Positions 48,390 to 58,312 of a stretch of 64,000 nucleotides of DNA are shown piece after piece; the first letter of the stretch is position 1, and the number at the start of each line of letters is the position of its first letter. The stretch covers positions 1,451 to 65,450 of the forward strand of contig JBFWNN010000030.1 in the NCBI GenBank assembly GCA_050251035.1, written 5' to 3'. The notes under the pieces were generated by a model. It searched no databases. It was not told where the DNA came from and saw only the letters and a list, made by a program, of their open reading frames with translations. Source of the stretch: Parvibaculaceae bacterium (GTDB lineage Bacteria > Pseudomonadota > Alphaproteobacteria > Rhizobiales > Aestuariivirgaceae). A program made the translations under genes and the position numbers.

Positions 48390-48502
48390 CGCCGCCTGAA
48401 GGCCTTTCAGGCACGCCTGCAATTGCCCCTGGCGCGGGTCTCGTGTCTCGCGGCGCCAAGGGCGGCATGCAGGTTGCGTGGTCGGTGTTTCACTGGACGT
48501 GT

Positions 48503-49570
48503 TTAGGGCCTAGCCTCCAGGATCATATTGAAAGGAGTCTCGGTGGCTTTGCGGACGAGGCTGAAACCACCCTCGGAGATCGCCGCCGACAGTATTTTCA
48601 GGCCGGCTTGCGCGCCCAGCGCGGCGCCCACCGGCTGATCAAGCGAGGTCGGCACGCAGATCATCGTCGAGGCAGCATAGTACAGGCGGCTCACGGGATT
48701 GAGATTGTCCTCCAGTCTGTCACCGGCGGCGGGCTCCACGATCATCCAGCTCCCGTCCGGCTTCAGCGCCTGACGCACATACCGCGCCGTTCCAACCGGA
48801 TCACCCATGTCGTGCAGGCAATCGAAGAAAGTTACAAGATCGAGGTTCTTGCCTGGGAACTCGCTTGCCAAAGCTACTTCGAAGCGCGTGTTCGCGGTGA
48901 CGCCGTGCTGCTCGGCATGCAAACGGGCTTGTTCGACTGAGCCTGGGTGGAAATCGTAACCTATGAAGGTCGAGTTCGGGAACGCTTTTGCCATGATGAC
49001 CGTCGAGAAACCATGCCCACATCCGACATCCGCAATCGTCGCGCCGCGCTTAAGCTTCGCGACGACGCCGTCCAACGCTGGTAGCCAGGCTTCAACGAGG
49101 CTGTTGTGATAGCCCGGACGGAAGAAGCGCCCCGCGGCGCAAAAGAGGCACTGCGACTGCTCGCCCCAGCCGACACCTTTTCCCGAGCGAAACGCCTGCT
49201 CGACCAGCGGCTGGTTGTCCATCATCGCCGCCGCGATATCGAAACCGCCCTGCAGATAGACGGGGCTGTCGGGCTCAACGAACACCATAGCCTGTTCGGG
49301 TGGTAAGGTGAACTTGCCCGTCTTGGAATCGTAGGTCAGATATCCCGACGCGGCCTGATGCGACAGCCATTCACGCGCATAACGCTCGGCGATCTTCACT
49401 TTCGTCGCCAGCTCCGCCGGCGTCATCGGGCCGCCAGCGTTGAGTGCCTTATAGAGACCCAGCCGGTCACCGATACGCACGAGCGGAACGCTCAGCGCTC
49501 CACCGAGATCACCCAACATCTGCCCAACGAACTGATTGAGCTTGGCTTCATCGATTATTTTCGTCATCAT
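48503..49570 (-). CDS. Class I SAM-dependent methyltransferase with N-terminal wHTH
   Basis: ERYAREWL, ADVGCGHG, FDCLHDMGDP. Confidence 0.9.
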   Translation of the reverse strand: MMTKIIDEAKLNQFVGQMLGDLGGALSVPLVRIGDRLGLYKALNAGGPMTPAELATKVKIAERYAREWLSHQAASGYLTYDSKTGKFTLPPEQAMVFVEPDSPVYLQGGFDIAAAMMDNQPLVEQAFRSGKGVGWGEQSQCLFCAAGRFFRPGYHNSLVEAWLPALDGVVAKLKRGATIADVGCGHGFSTVIMAKAFPNSTFIGYDFHPGSVEQARLHAEQHGVTANTRFEVALASEFPGKNLDLVTFFDCLHDMGDPVGTARYVRQALKPDGSWMIVEPAAGDRLEDNLNPVSRLYYAASTMICVPTSLDQPVGAALGAQAGLKILSAAISEGGFSLVRKATETPFNMILEARP

Positions 49571-49691
49571 TCTCTCCTGAGATAGCGAAACCCTCAGTAA
49601 GGACAGGTCTACGCGCAGCAGTACGGCGATGGTTTGCCGCAAAGCCTGATTTCCTTGCAGAGAGACGACGGTCAGGCTCAAAGGAAAGGCA

Positions 49692-50696
49692 ATGGATGCT
49701 TTATCCGAGGCGCTCCATTCGGTTCGTATGACCGGTGCGATCTTCTATCGCGCCGAATGCACGAGCCCCTGGGGCTTCGCGATACCCGCGCTGCACGAAT
49801 ACGCGCACCTGCTGGCCCCAGGAGCGGAGCGCGTAGTCAGCTATCACCTGATGACCGAGGGCGATGCCGTCGCCCGTTTCGGCGGTGGAGAGGTGGTGCC
49901 CATCACAGCAGGTGACGTGCTGATCGTTCCGCACGGCGATCCGCATGTGATTTCCAACGGCCGCGCGCCAAGGGTCACCCCCGCCGATGGAACTTTGGAC
50001 CGTTACCTCATCGGCGACCTGTCGACATTGCAGATCGGCGGCGGTGGTGAAGTTACTCGTTTCGTATGCGGGTTCTTCGGCTGCGAGCGCCATGCGGACC
50101 GCCTGTTCCTTTCCGGCCTCCCGATGGTCATCAAGACCAATCTGCGCGACGACGTGGCGGGCCAATGGCTTGAACATTCGATGCGCCACTTGGTGACGGA
50201 AGCCGGCGGTGGTCGGCCTGGTCGATCGGCGCTTCTGTCGAAGATGGCCGAAGCTCTCTTCATCGAAGCATTGCGCCGCTACATGGAACAACTGCCTGCG
50301 GAGCAGACCGGCTGGCTCGCCGCCGCTCGCGACCGAATCGTGGGGGCGGCAATCGTCGCTATCCATCGCACACCTGACCGTCAATGGACATTGGAGAGTT
50401 TGGCCAAGGAGGCCGTGACTTCGCGTTCTGTGCTGACCGAACGGTTTGCGAGCTTCCTCGGCGTACCGCCGCTGGCATATCTGGCGATGTGGCGCATGCA
50501 ACTCGCCGCGAGACGCCTTCGAACTTCACGAGACACCGTTCTGCAAGTAGCCTTGGGCGTTGGATATGAATCCGAGACCGCCTTTATACGTGCGTTCAAG
50601 CGAGAGTTCGGACTGCCGCCGGCAAAATATCGGAAGACCGATCCCGCCAACAATGAGAGCGCCGTTCCAGACCGGCGAGGCAACGTCTCGATCTAA
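49692..50696 (+). CDS. AraC family regulator with cupin domain
   Basis: MDALSEAL, WTLESLA, VGYESETAFIRAFKREFGLPP. Confidence 0.93.
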   Translation: MDALSEALHSVRMTGAIFYRAECTSPWGFAIPALHEYAHLLAPGAERVVSYHLMTEGDAVARFGGGEVVPITAGDVLIVPHGDPHVISNGRAPRVTPADGTLDRYLIGDLSTLQIGGGGEVTRFVCGFFGCERHADRLFLSGLPMVIKTNLRDDVAGQWLEHSMRHLVTEAGGGRPGRSALLSKMAEALFIEALRRYMEQLPAEQTGWLAAARDRIVGAAIVAIHRTPDRQWTLESLAKEAVTSRSVLTERFASFLGVPPLAYLAMWRMQLAARRLRTSRDTVLQVALGVGYESETAFIRAFKREFGLPPAKYRKTDPANNESAVPDRRGNVSI

Positions 50697-50729
50697 TGGC
50701 CGTCACGCTTCCCGGTAATTTCGTTGTTC

Positions 50730-51242
50730 TCAGATGCGCCGGTAATTGCCCCTGTCCCGGGTCTCCCGCCACCGCCGGAACGGCCAGGCGACCAGGCGGA
50801 TGACCCACCAGCCGGCGACCAGGCCGACAAGCGCGCTGAACAGCCCCTCGATGGTCGTGGGCACCGCTGGCTTGTAGTCCTTGAGCGTTTGATCGAGCAG
50901 CGCTCCATCTGCATGGCCGAGAAAGTAGACGGCGCGGCTCGGAAAGTCTGCGCGCATGTCTTCGCGCTGCTGCCTCAGACGCGCGAGCCGCTCGATATTG
51001 AGCTCCATGTCGGCGCCCCGCCGGCGCACCAGGTCGTCGCCGCTCGTGCTGAGCTGCGCCAGGGCGTCTCCTCGGCTCATATTGTTCGCGGCGGCGTCCC
51101 GATCGAACCGGTCGACGATGGCCGAGACCTCATCGGCCGCACCGCCGAGCCGCTGCTGGTATTGCTGCATGACTTCCGGAAGCTGAGCGCCGACAATCGC
51201 CCCGAGAACGCCTATCGCCAACGAAACGGTCCGAATGAGCAT
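50730..51242 (-). CDS. DUF2937 family membrane protein
   Basis: AQLPEVMQQYQQRLGG, YKPAVPTT, two TM segments. Confidence 0.8.
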   Translation of the reverse strand: MLIRTVSLAIGVLGAIVGAQLPEVMQQYQQRLGGAADEVSAIVDRFDRDAAANNMSRGDALAQLSTSGDDLVRRRGADMELNIERLARLRQQREDMRADFPSRAVYFLGHADGALLDQTLKDYKPAVPTTIEGLFSALVGLVAGWWVIRLVAWPFRRWRETRDRGNYRRI

Positions 51243-51310
51243 GCTGGAAGGGCTCCGTTCTTCTCGACGTTAATGGTCCCGCATGCGGGGTACGGCGGCC
51301 CGCGGATCCC

Positions 51311-51808
51311 TCACACCTTGGCGCCGTCGCGGATCGGCGGCGTGAAGGCCAGCCCCATGTCCCAGGGCAGATAGATCCAGGTGTCCTGGCTCACCTCGGT
51401 GACGAAGGTGTCGACCAGTGGCCGCCCTTCGGGCTTGGCATAGACGGTGGCGAAATGCGCGTTGGGCAGCATGGCCCTGACCGCCCGCGCCGTGGCGCCG
51501 GTATCGACCAGGTCGTCGACGATCAGCACCTCTCTGCCGCCGTCGGGGCCGGCAATGGCCTCGCCGACCTTCTTCAGCACCTGGAGCTCGCCCTGCCTCT
51601 CATAGTCATAGGAGGCGATGCACACCGTCTCGATCACCCTGATCCCGAGCTCGCGCGCCACCACCGCAGCCGGCACGAGCCCGCCCCGCGTGATCGCCAC
51701 CACGGCCGAGAACGGCCCCTCCCCGTGCAGCCGCCAGGCCAGTGCCCGCGCGTCGCGATGGAACTGGTCCCAGGAGACCGGAAAGCTCTTCTGCCACTTC
51801 TCGTCCAT
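51311..51808 (-). CDS. gpt: Xanthine phosphoribosyltransferase
   Basis: [37 protein letters not shown]. Confidence 0.93.
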   Translation of the reverse strand: MDEKWQKSFPVSWDQFHRDARALAWRLHGEGPFSAVVAITRGGLVPAAVVARELGIRVIETVCIASYDYERQGELQVLKKVGEAIAGPDGGREVLIVDDLVDTGATARAVRAMLPNAHFATVYAKPEGRPLVDTFVTEVSQDTWIYLPWDMGLAFTPPIRDGAKV

Positions 51809-51898
51809 ATGGTCCCTCCGAACCCAAGAGTCCGCTCTTATGCCGCGTCCCTCGAAGCGGCGCAATCCGAAGGCCGTTGCGGCAACTTTGCCGTTTCG

Positions 51899-51916
51899 CT
51901 GTCATGATACCTTCAC
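51899..51916 (+). promoter_or_regulatory. Pho box
   Basis: CTGTCAT-gata-CCTTCAC ending 42 bp before the plcP-like start. Confidence 0.65.
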
Positions 51917-51958
51917 GGGAGTCGGGCCTAAGGTCACCATAACCAGGCAGCCTGGCCG

Positions 51959-52780
51959 ATGAACGCACTCACGAGACCCACGACCCGCTACCGCGCCATC
52001 TTCATCTCCGACATCCACATGGGGACGAGGAGGGCGCAGGTCCAATATCTCCTCGACTTCCTGCGCGTCACCGAATCGGACTGGCTCTATATCGTCGGCG
52101 ACCTCGTCGACAACTGGGCTCTCGAGAAGGCCTGGTTCTGGGACCAGCTCCACAACGACCTGATCCAGAAGATCCTGCGCAAGGCACGCAAGGGCACGAA
52201 GGTCATCTACATCCCGGGCAATCACGACGACAAGTTCCGCGACTTCCGCAACCTGCGCATGGGCCGTGTCGCGGTGCTCGAAGACGCCATCCATCACGCC
52301 GCCAACGGCAAGCGCTACCTGGTGCTGCATGGCGACAAATATGACGGCATCGTGCGCTACGCGCCCTGGCTCGCCCGGCTCGGCGACCGCGCCTACGAGA
52401 CCTCGATGATGATCAACGGCCTCGTCAATCGCGGCCGCCGCCTGTTCCGCCTGCCCTACTGGTCGCTCTCCGCCTATCTCAAATTCAAGGTCAAGAAGGC
52501 GGTCGAGTTCGTCTCGCATTTCGAGGACGCGGTGGTGCGCGAGGCCCGCCAGCGCGGCGCGCAAGGCGTCATTTGCGGCCACATCCACACCCCCGACAAC
52601 CGCATGATCGACGACATCCACTATCTGAATGACGGCGACTGGGTCGAAAGCTGCACCGCCCTCATCGAGCATCATGACGGCCGCTTCGAGATCATCGAAT
52701 GGGCCAAGCTGCGTGACACCCTCCTGGAGGTTGCAAGTGCGGATAGTCATCGTAACGGACGCCTGGTTCCCGCAAGTTAA
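51959..52780 (+). CDS. Metallophosphoesterase, PlcP-type phospholipase C (LpxH-like family)
   Basis: ISDIHMG, VGDLVD, PGNHD, LHGD, CGHIH, NDGDWVES; Pho box and adjacent GT4 gene. Confidence 0.85.
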   Translation: MNALTRPTTRYRAIFISDIHMGTRRAQVQYLLDFLRVTESDWLYIVGDLVDNWALEKAWFWDQLHNDLIQKILRKARKGTKVIYIPGNHDDKFRDFRNLRMGRVAVLEDAIHHAANGKRYLVLHGDKYDGIVRYAPWLARLGDRAYETSMMINGLVNRGRRLFRLPYWSLSAYLKFKVKKAVEFVSHFEDAVVREARQRGAQGVICGHIHTPDNRMIDDIHYLNDGDWVESCTALIEHHDGRFEIIEWAKLRDTLLEVASADSHRNGRLVPAS

Positions 52781-53801
52781 CGGTGTCGTCCGTACACTGA
52801 GCGCCGTCGCGGACGAGCTTGCGAAGGTGGGCCATGAGGTGAGGATCGTCTCGCCGGAAGGGCGCTGGACCTTGCCCATGCCGCTCTATCCGGAGATAAG
52901 GCTCGCTTTCACCACCTCGAGGCGGCTCGGCCGCGAGCTCGAGAGCCTGGCTCCCGATGCCTTCTATATCGCGACCGAAGGTCCGCTCGGCTGGGCGGCG
53001 CGCTCATGGTGCGCAAGGCGGAACATTCCCTTCACCAGCGGCTTCCACACGCGCTTCGCCGACTATCTCGAGCTGCGCCTGCCCTTGCCCGGCCTCGCCG
53101 CGGCCTCATGGTCGATGCTGCGCAAGTTCCACGGCATCAGCCGCGCGGTCCTCGTGCCGACGCGCAGCATCGCCCAAGATCTGGAAGCGCGCGGCTTCGT
53201 CAATGTGAAGACCTGGACGCGCGGCGTCGACCATGCGCTGTTCCGCCCCTATGAGCGCGCCGCTCTCGACCTGCCGCGCCCGATCTCGCTCTCCGTCGGC
53301 CGCCTGGCGCCGGAAAAGAACGTCGACGCCTTCCTGAGCCTCGACCTGCCCGGCACCAAGGTGGTGATCGGCGACGGACCGCAGCGGCCCGAGCTCGAGA
53401 AGCGCTTTCCCGATGCCGTGTTCCTCGGTTTCCGCTTCGGCGAGGAGCTTGCCCGCATGATGGCGTCGGCCGACGTCTTCGTCTTCTCGAGTCTTACCGA
53501 CACCTTCGGCCTGGTGATGCTCGAAGCCATGGCCTGCGGCACGCCGGTTGCGGCCTATGAGGTGCCGAGCCCGATCGACGTGGTCCAGGACGGCGTCACC
53601 GGCGCGCTCGACAAGCATCTGAAGCTCGCGATCCTCCGCGCTTTGACGCTCGACCGCGACAAGGTGCATCAGGGCAGCCAGCGTTTCACCTGGGAGCACA
53701 CGGCGCGGATCTTCGAGGAAACGCTCGTGCCGATCGGCGGCACGTCCGCCGCCCCCGTCGACGCCGTCACGACCAGCCTCGCACCTTCCCGCTCCGGGTG
53801 A
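52737..53801 (+). CDS. GT4 glycosyltransferase (Agt-like glycolipid synthase)
   Basis: VTDAWFPQVNGV, ATEGPLG, VGRLAPEKN, DTFGLVMLEAMACGTP; GTG start 52737. Confidence 0.88.
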   Translation: MRIVIVTDAWFPQVNGVVRTLSAVADELAKVGHEVRIVSPEGRWTLPMPLYPEIRLAFTTSRRLGRELESLAPDAFYIATEGPLGWAARSWCARRNIPFTSGFHTRFADYLELRLPLPGLAAASWSMLRKFHGISRAVLVPTRSIAQDLEARGFVNVKTWTRGVDHALFRPYERAALDLPRPISLSVGRLAPEKNVDAFLSLDLPGTKVVIGDGPQRPELEKRFPDAVFLGFRFGEELARMMASADVFVFSSLTDTFGLVMLEAMACGTPVAAYEVPSPIDVVQDGVTGALDKHLKLAILRALTLDRDKVHQGSQRFTWEHTARIFEETLVPIGGTSAAPVDAVTTSLAPSRSG

Positions 53802-54528
53802 GCTCTTCGGCCATGCGCCGCACGTCCTCGAGGGCGGCGGCCAGCGTGTCGTCGTTGCGCGAGCGCAGGACGAGATTGGTGGCGAAGCCGCGCGCGCTTT
53901 CGAACGGATAGGATCCGATGACGACCTCAGGGTAGCGCTCCTGGATCTCGCCCAGGGGCTTCGCCACGTCCCCTTCCCCGCCTTCCACCGTCACCGTCTC
54001 CGCGGCGATCGGCTTGCCGCGCTGGAGCCGCGGCGCCACGTCGTCCATCATCGCGTTCATGACCTTGGGAATGCCGGCCATGACGAACACATTGCCGATC
54101 TGGAAGCCCGGCGCCGTCGACACCGGATTGGCGATGAGGCTCGCCCCCTGGGGCGTGCGCGCCATGCGCAGCCGCGCCTCGTTCGGCTCGCGCCCGATCT
54201 GCTTGAAATAGTCGAGCAGGATCTCGAGCGCCTGCGGGTGATGACCGATCGGAACGCCGAAGGCTTTCGCCACCGCATCGGCGGTGATGTCGTCATGGGT
54301 AGGACCGATGCCGCCGGTGGTGAACAGGTAGGTGTAGCGCCGCCGCAGCGCATTGACGGCGCCGACGATCTCGTCCTCGATATCGGGCACGACGCGCGCT
54401 TCTTTGAGGTCGATGCCGAGCGCTGCCAGGTAATCGGCGATGAAGCCGAGATTCCGGTCCTTGGTGCGCCCGGAAAGGATTTCGTCTCCGATCAGGAGGA
54501 CGGCGGCGGTGGGGGATTGATCTGCCAT
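53767..54528 (-). CDS. CinA-like molybdopterin-binding domain protein
   Basis: IGDEILSGRTKDRN, TGGIGPTHDDIT, MAGIP. Confidence 0.9.
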   Translation of the reverse strand: MADQSPTAAVLLIGDEILSGRTKDRNLGFIADYLAALGIDLKEARVVPDIEDEIVGAVNALRRRYTYLFTTGGIGPTHDDITADAVAKAFGVPIGHHPQALEILLDYFKQIGREPNEARLRMARTPQGASLIANPVSTAPGFQIGNVFVMAGIPKVMNAMMDDVAPRLQRGKPIAAETVTVEGGEGDVAKPLGEIQERYPEVVIGSYPFESARGFATNLVLRSRNDDTLAAALEDVRRMAEELTRSGKVRGWS

Positions 54529-54572
54529 GACAGCCTAAGCTCTGCCATCACGCCGCCATGCTGTCAAAGCTC

Positions 54573-55619
54573 TCACGCCGCGAGCCAGCGCTCCAGATTT
54601 GCCGCGACGAAGGCATCATCGTTGAGCTCCGGATAAAGCCGGTAGACCCGGTCGATGGCGGAGGCTTGCCCCGGGCTCAGATCCTCTGTGGGATCGATGC
54701 ACCAGCGCCCGGCCAGGAGGCCCTGGCGCCGCAGCACCTCGTGGCAGCCGGCGATGACGCCATGGAAATGATTCGCCGCGTCGAAGAAGGCGGCATTGCA
54801 GTCGGTGACCGCGCTGTCGAGGGCGAGCAGCTCCTTGGCCACCGCCGGCGCGCGCCGCGCCGCCTTGCATTTGGCGAGCAGCGCCACCGCCGATCTGGTC
54901 CACACGCACCAATGGCCGAGAAGGCCGCCGGAGAACCGCGCCTCGCCGGTCTCGGTCGCGAACGGCACGATGAGGTCGAGCACGATATGGTCGTCATTGC
55001 CGGTATAGAGGGCGATGCGCCGCAACGCCTGGGCGGCGGCCACGCCCTTGATCACGTCGAGCGTGGCATAGCGGTTGAAGGGCGCCACCTTGATGCCGAT
55101 GACATTCTCGATCCCGGCGAAGCGCTCCCAGAAGCCCGCCGACAAGGGCATGCCGCCGACCGCCGTCTGCAGATAGAAGCCGATGACCGGCATTTTCTCG
55201 GCGACCGTCGCGCAATGCGCCACGAGTTCGTCCTCGCTGGCCCCCTTGAGCGCGGCGAGGCCGAGCAGCACGGCGTGATAACCGAGCGCGCGCGCGGTCT
55301 TCGCCTCGTCCAGCGCCTGCGCGGTGCGGCCGACGGCGCCGGCGATCATCATCACCGGGCGCTCGCTCCAGGCCTCGGCGGTTTGGGCGGCGCTTTCCAG
55401 GACCGGGCGATAGAGGCCGATCTCGCGGATCGCGAACTGGGTCGTATGCACCCCGACCGCCAGGCCGCCCGCGCCGGCATCGATGTAATAGCGCGTCAGC
55501 GCCTTCTGCCGGCGCTGATCGAGCCGGCGTTCTCGGTCGAGCGCCAGAGGATGGGCGGGAATGACCATCCCGTCGCGAAAACCGTCGAGAAGTGCTGATG
55601 GAATGTCTTGCCAGTGCAT
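54573..55619 (-). CDS. Dihydrodipicolinate synthase-family aldolase/dehydratase
   Basis: IPAHPLAL, AVGVHTTQF, FYLQ, IGIKVAPFNRY (Schiff-base Lys), YTGNDD; start ATG 55619. Confidence 0.85.
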   Translation of the reverse strand: MHWQDIPSALLDGFRDGMVIPAHPLALDRERRLDQRRQKALTRYYIDAGAGGLAVGVHTTQFAIREIGLYRPVLESAAQTAEAWSERPVMMIAGAVGRTAQALDEAKTARALGYHAVLLGLAALKGASEDELVAHCATVAEKMPVIGFYLQTAVGGMPLSAGFWERFAGIENVIGIKVAPFNRYATLDVIKGVAAAQALRRIALYTGNDDHIVLDLIVPFATETGEARFSGGLLGHWCVWTRSAVALLAKCKAARRAPAVAKELLALDSAVTDCNAAFFDAANHFHGVIAGCHEVLRRQGLLAGRWCIDPTEDLSPGQASAIDRVYRLYPELNDDAFVAANLERWLAA

Positions 55620-55630
55620 CTGTCTCTTCC

Positions 55631-56455
55631 TCAACCGAGTTCGGGACCGGCGATGGCGCGCATCCGGGCCGGGTCGCCGAACGCCTCGGCGCGCCCGAGC
55701 GCCATGCGGATGAAGCCGCGCTCGATGGTGAAGCCGTGGCGGACGAGCGTCTCGCGCAACGCCGTCTCCCGGTCGGGCACGTCGATCAGCAGCGGCCCGG
55801 CCAGGCTTATGATGGCATGCTCGAGAAGCCTCACCGCCTGCCCGGCGCTCGCCGCCACGATCGGGCCGATTTGTGTCGCGGTCCGGCCCATGCGCGTCAA
55901 CAGGAAAGCCCCCTCCGCATCGGCATGGGCGAAGGCCAGCGGCCGCGCCAGGAGGTTCCTGAGGATCGCCGATCGGTCGGCCCCGAACGCCGCGCGGTCG
56001 CTGTCGATGTTGACGGCCTCCGCGGCCGGCGACGGGCCGGAGCCCGTGCCGGATCCGCGCCAGCGCGAGATCGGCTCGACGTCCTTGAAGCCGAGCGGCA
56101 GATAGATCGCCCGGCCGGGTGCTGTGGCGTCGAGCATGGGGATGAGGCGGCGCTCGTCGAGATAAGCAAGGAGATGTTTGAGCAATGCGGTGGCGAGGCC
56201 GCGATGGCGGTGCGTCCCTGTCACCAGCACCATGCTGAGCCAGCCGAAATGGGGCGGATGCGGCAGCGCCAGGCCGCTGGCGACCAGCCGCCCGCCGTCC
56301 CTGATGCCAAAGGCCTTGCCCTGCGCCAGCATCATCGCCCAGTCGGCGGCGACCTGGTTCCATCCGGCCTCGGTGCTGAGCGCGACCGCATCGGCGATGT
56401 CGTCCGCATCGAGGGCGATGATCCGGCGGACATTCGCCTCCTCAATAGGTCCCAT
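55631..56455 (-). CDS. Two-domain GNAT acetyltransferase (YitH-like)
   Basis: [34 protein letters not shown]-terminal GPELG. Confidence 0.85.
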   Translation of the reverse strand: MGPIEEANVRRIIALDADDIADAVALSTEAGWNQVAADWAMMLAQGKAFGIRDGGRLVASGLALPHPPHFGWLSMVLVTGTHRHRGLATALLKHLLAYLDERRLIPMLDATAPGRAIYLPLGFKDVEPISRWRGSGTGSGPSPAAEAVNIDSDRAAFGADRSAILRNLLARPLAFAHADAEGAFLLTRMGRTATQIGPIVAASAGQAVRLLEHAIISLAGPLLIDVPDRETALRETLVRHGFTIERGFIRMALGRAEAFGDPARMRAIAGPELG

Positions 56456-57491
56456 CGCGGACCTCGAAGCCCGTGGGCTTGGTGAGGCTGGGCATGGCGC
56501 GGCCGACCCAGTCGGCCACCCAGTCGACCATCTGCAGCAGCGGCACCTTGGGATAGCCGAAGAGCCGAAAGGCTTCGGCGGCATTGTTGAGCCACGCCGT
56601 CGGCGCCTCTTCACCGACGATCTCCACCGTCTTGCCCAGGCGCTCGGCAAAGCACTGCGCCAGCCCGCGCACCGGGATGAGCTCAGGGCCGGTGACATTG
56701 AGCGGAGCTATCGGATGCAGCGCCTGGCCGAGCGCGCGCAGCGCCATGGCATTGGCATCGCCCTGCCAGATCACATTGACATAGCCCGTGGTGACGTCGA
56801 CCGGCTTGCCGTCGCGGACCTTGACCGCGATGTCATGGAGCACGCCATAGCGCAGATCGATCGCATAGTTCAGGCGGAACAGCCGGCCGGCGATGTTGTT
56901 GCGCTCGCTGTGCCATTCGATCGCGCGCTCGCGCCCGACGCAGCTGTTGGCATATTCGCCGGGCGGCGTCAGCGGATCGTCTTCGGTTGCGCCGCCGCCG
57001 GTGGCCGGCACGAAGGGATAGACGCAGCCGGTCGAGAAGGCGACCAGCCGGCAGTCCTTGAGCGCGCTTGCGACTTGCGCAGCGAGCAGCGTGTTGGTCG
57101 CCCAGGTGCGGGCCGGCGCCTGCATGGCGCCGAATTTGAAGCCGGTCATCAGGATGACGTTCTTCGCCTTGGGCAGCCGTTTCACCGCCTCGGGATCGAG
57201 GAGATCGGCCTTGATGGTCTCGATGCCATGCGCCTTGAGAGAGGCTTCGACCGCCGGGTCGGAGAAGCGCGCGACGGCATGGACCGCCTTGTCGGGCGCG
57301 GCGCGCTGCGCCATGCGGGCGAGTGTCGGCCCCATCTTGCCGCTGGCGCCGAGGATGAGTATGTCGCCGTCGAGACGGCCGAGATCGGCGATGACGTCGT
57401 CGTCGGGTCGCGACAGCCTCTCCTCGAGCGCCTCCACATCCTTGATAGCGCCGGACGATGAGCTTTTCCGCGACGGCCTGTACTCGTTCAT
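56442..57491 (-). CDS. NAD-dependent epimerase/dehydratase family protein
   Basis: [38 protein letters not shown]. Confidence 0.88.
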   Translation of the reverse strand: MNEYRPSRKSSSSGAIKDVEALEERLSRPDDDVIADLGRLDGDILILGASGKMGPTLARMAQRAAPDKAVHAVARFSDPAVEASLKAHGIETIKADLLDPEAVKRLPKAKNVILMTGFKFGAMQAPARTWATNTLLAAQVASALKDCRLVAFSTGCVYPFVPATGGGATEDDPLTPPGEYANSCVGRERAIEWHSERNNIAGRLFRLNYAIDLRYGVLHDIAVKVRDGKPVDVTTGYVNVIWQGDANAMALRALGQALHPIAPLNVTGPELIPVRGLAQCFAERLGKTVEIVGEEAPTAWLNNAAEAFRLFGYPKVPLLQMVDWVADWVGRAMPSLTKPTGFEVRDGTY

Positions 57492-57520
57492 GCGCCCGTC
57501 TCCCGATCTCTTTTTCTTAC

Positions 57521-57538
57521 ATCAACCAGTTAGTTGAT
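57521..57538. promoter_or_regulatory. TetR operator 1
   Basis: atcaac cagtta gttgat palindrome upstream of the epimerase operon. Confidence 0.6.
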
Positions 57539-57582
57539 TTTGTGAGTGACGAGGAGAATTGTCAAGCAGCGGGTTGGAATCA

Positions 57583-58239
57583 TCATCGGGCCCGGATGGC
57601 GTTCAGAACGAAATCGACGATATGGGCGCGACGCTCGGCGATGGCGGCTTCGGAGCCCAGCTTGCGGTTGAAGACGCGGCTCAGCGTATGGACATTGGCG
57701 AAATAGAAGAAGGCCATGCCGGCGATCGACAGATAGATGTGAAGGGGATCGAGGCCCTTGCGGAAGATGCCTTCCCGCATGCCCCGCTCGAGCGTCTCGC
57801 GCAGGAGGTCGATGATCGGCCGGTTCATCTCCTCGACCTGCGGAGCGCCTTTCAGATGGCGTCCGTCATGCGCGTTCTCGTCCGCGATGAGGGCAACGAA
57901 TTCAGGATGTTGTGCCAGATAATCAAAGGAGAACTCGACCAGGCGGCGCATCGCCTCCTCGGCCGGGAAGCTGGCCAGATGCAGCTCCTGCTCGCGCTCG
58001 CGGATCTCGCGGTAGATCTGCTCGAGCACCGCGGTGTAGAGCCCGTCCTTGTTGCCGAAATAATGATAGACGAGCTGCTTGTTGATCCCGGCCCGGCGCG
58101 CGATGTCGTCGACCCGCGCGCCCTCCAGGCCCCGCGCCGCGAACGCCTCCTTGGCCGCCTTGAGCAGTGTCTCCCGCGACGTCGCGCCCAGGGCCTCCTT
58201 GCGGCGGCGCGGGGTGCTGCTGGCCTGAGCTTCGATCAT
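57583..58239 (-). CDS. TetR family regulator (RutR/NicS-like)
   Basis: GARVDDIARRAGINKQLVYHYFGNKDGLY; ADEN, FFYFANVHTLS. Confidence 0.93.
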   Translation of the reverse strand: MIEAQASSTPRRRKEALGATSRETLLKAAKEAFAARGLEGARVDDIARRAGINKQLVYHYFGNKDGLYTAVLEQIYREIREREQELHLASFPAEEAMRRLVEFSFDYLAQHPEFVALIADENAHDGRHLKGAPQVEEMNRPIIDLLRETLERGMREGIFRKGLDPLHIYLSIAGMAFFYFANVHTLSRVFNRKLGSEAAIAERRAHIVDFVLNAIRAR

Positions 58240-58242
58240 TTT

Positions 58243-58293
58243 TCAACCAAACAGTTGGATGGCATTGACTCCCGTTTTAACCTACCCCATGCT
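58243..58293. promoter_or_regulatory. TetR operator 2 and adjacent sigma70-like promoter
   Basis: tcaac caaaca gttg (58243-58257); TTGACT-N17-CATGCT (58265-58293, + strand). Confidence 0.55.
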
Positions 58294-58312
58294 GAGCGGG
58301 CAAGGCCGGCGC

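Noticed and set aside
47671-51300. Prophage or ICE at tRNA-Leu
   Set aside because: No integrase, phage or conjugation genes, and no att duplication seen.
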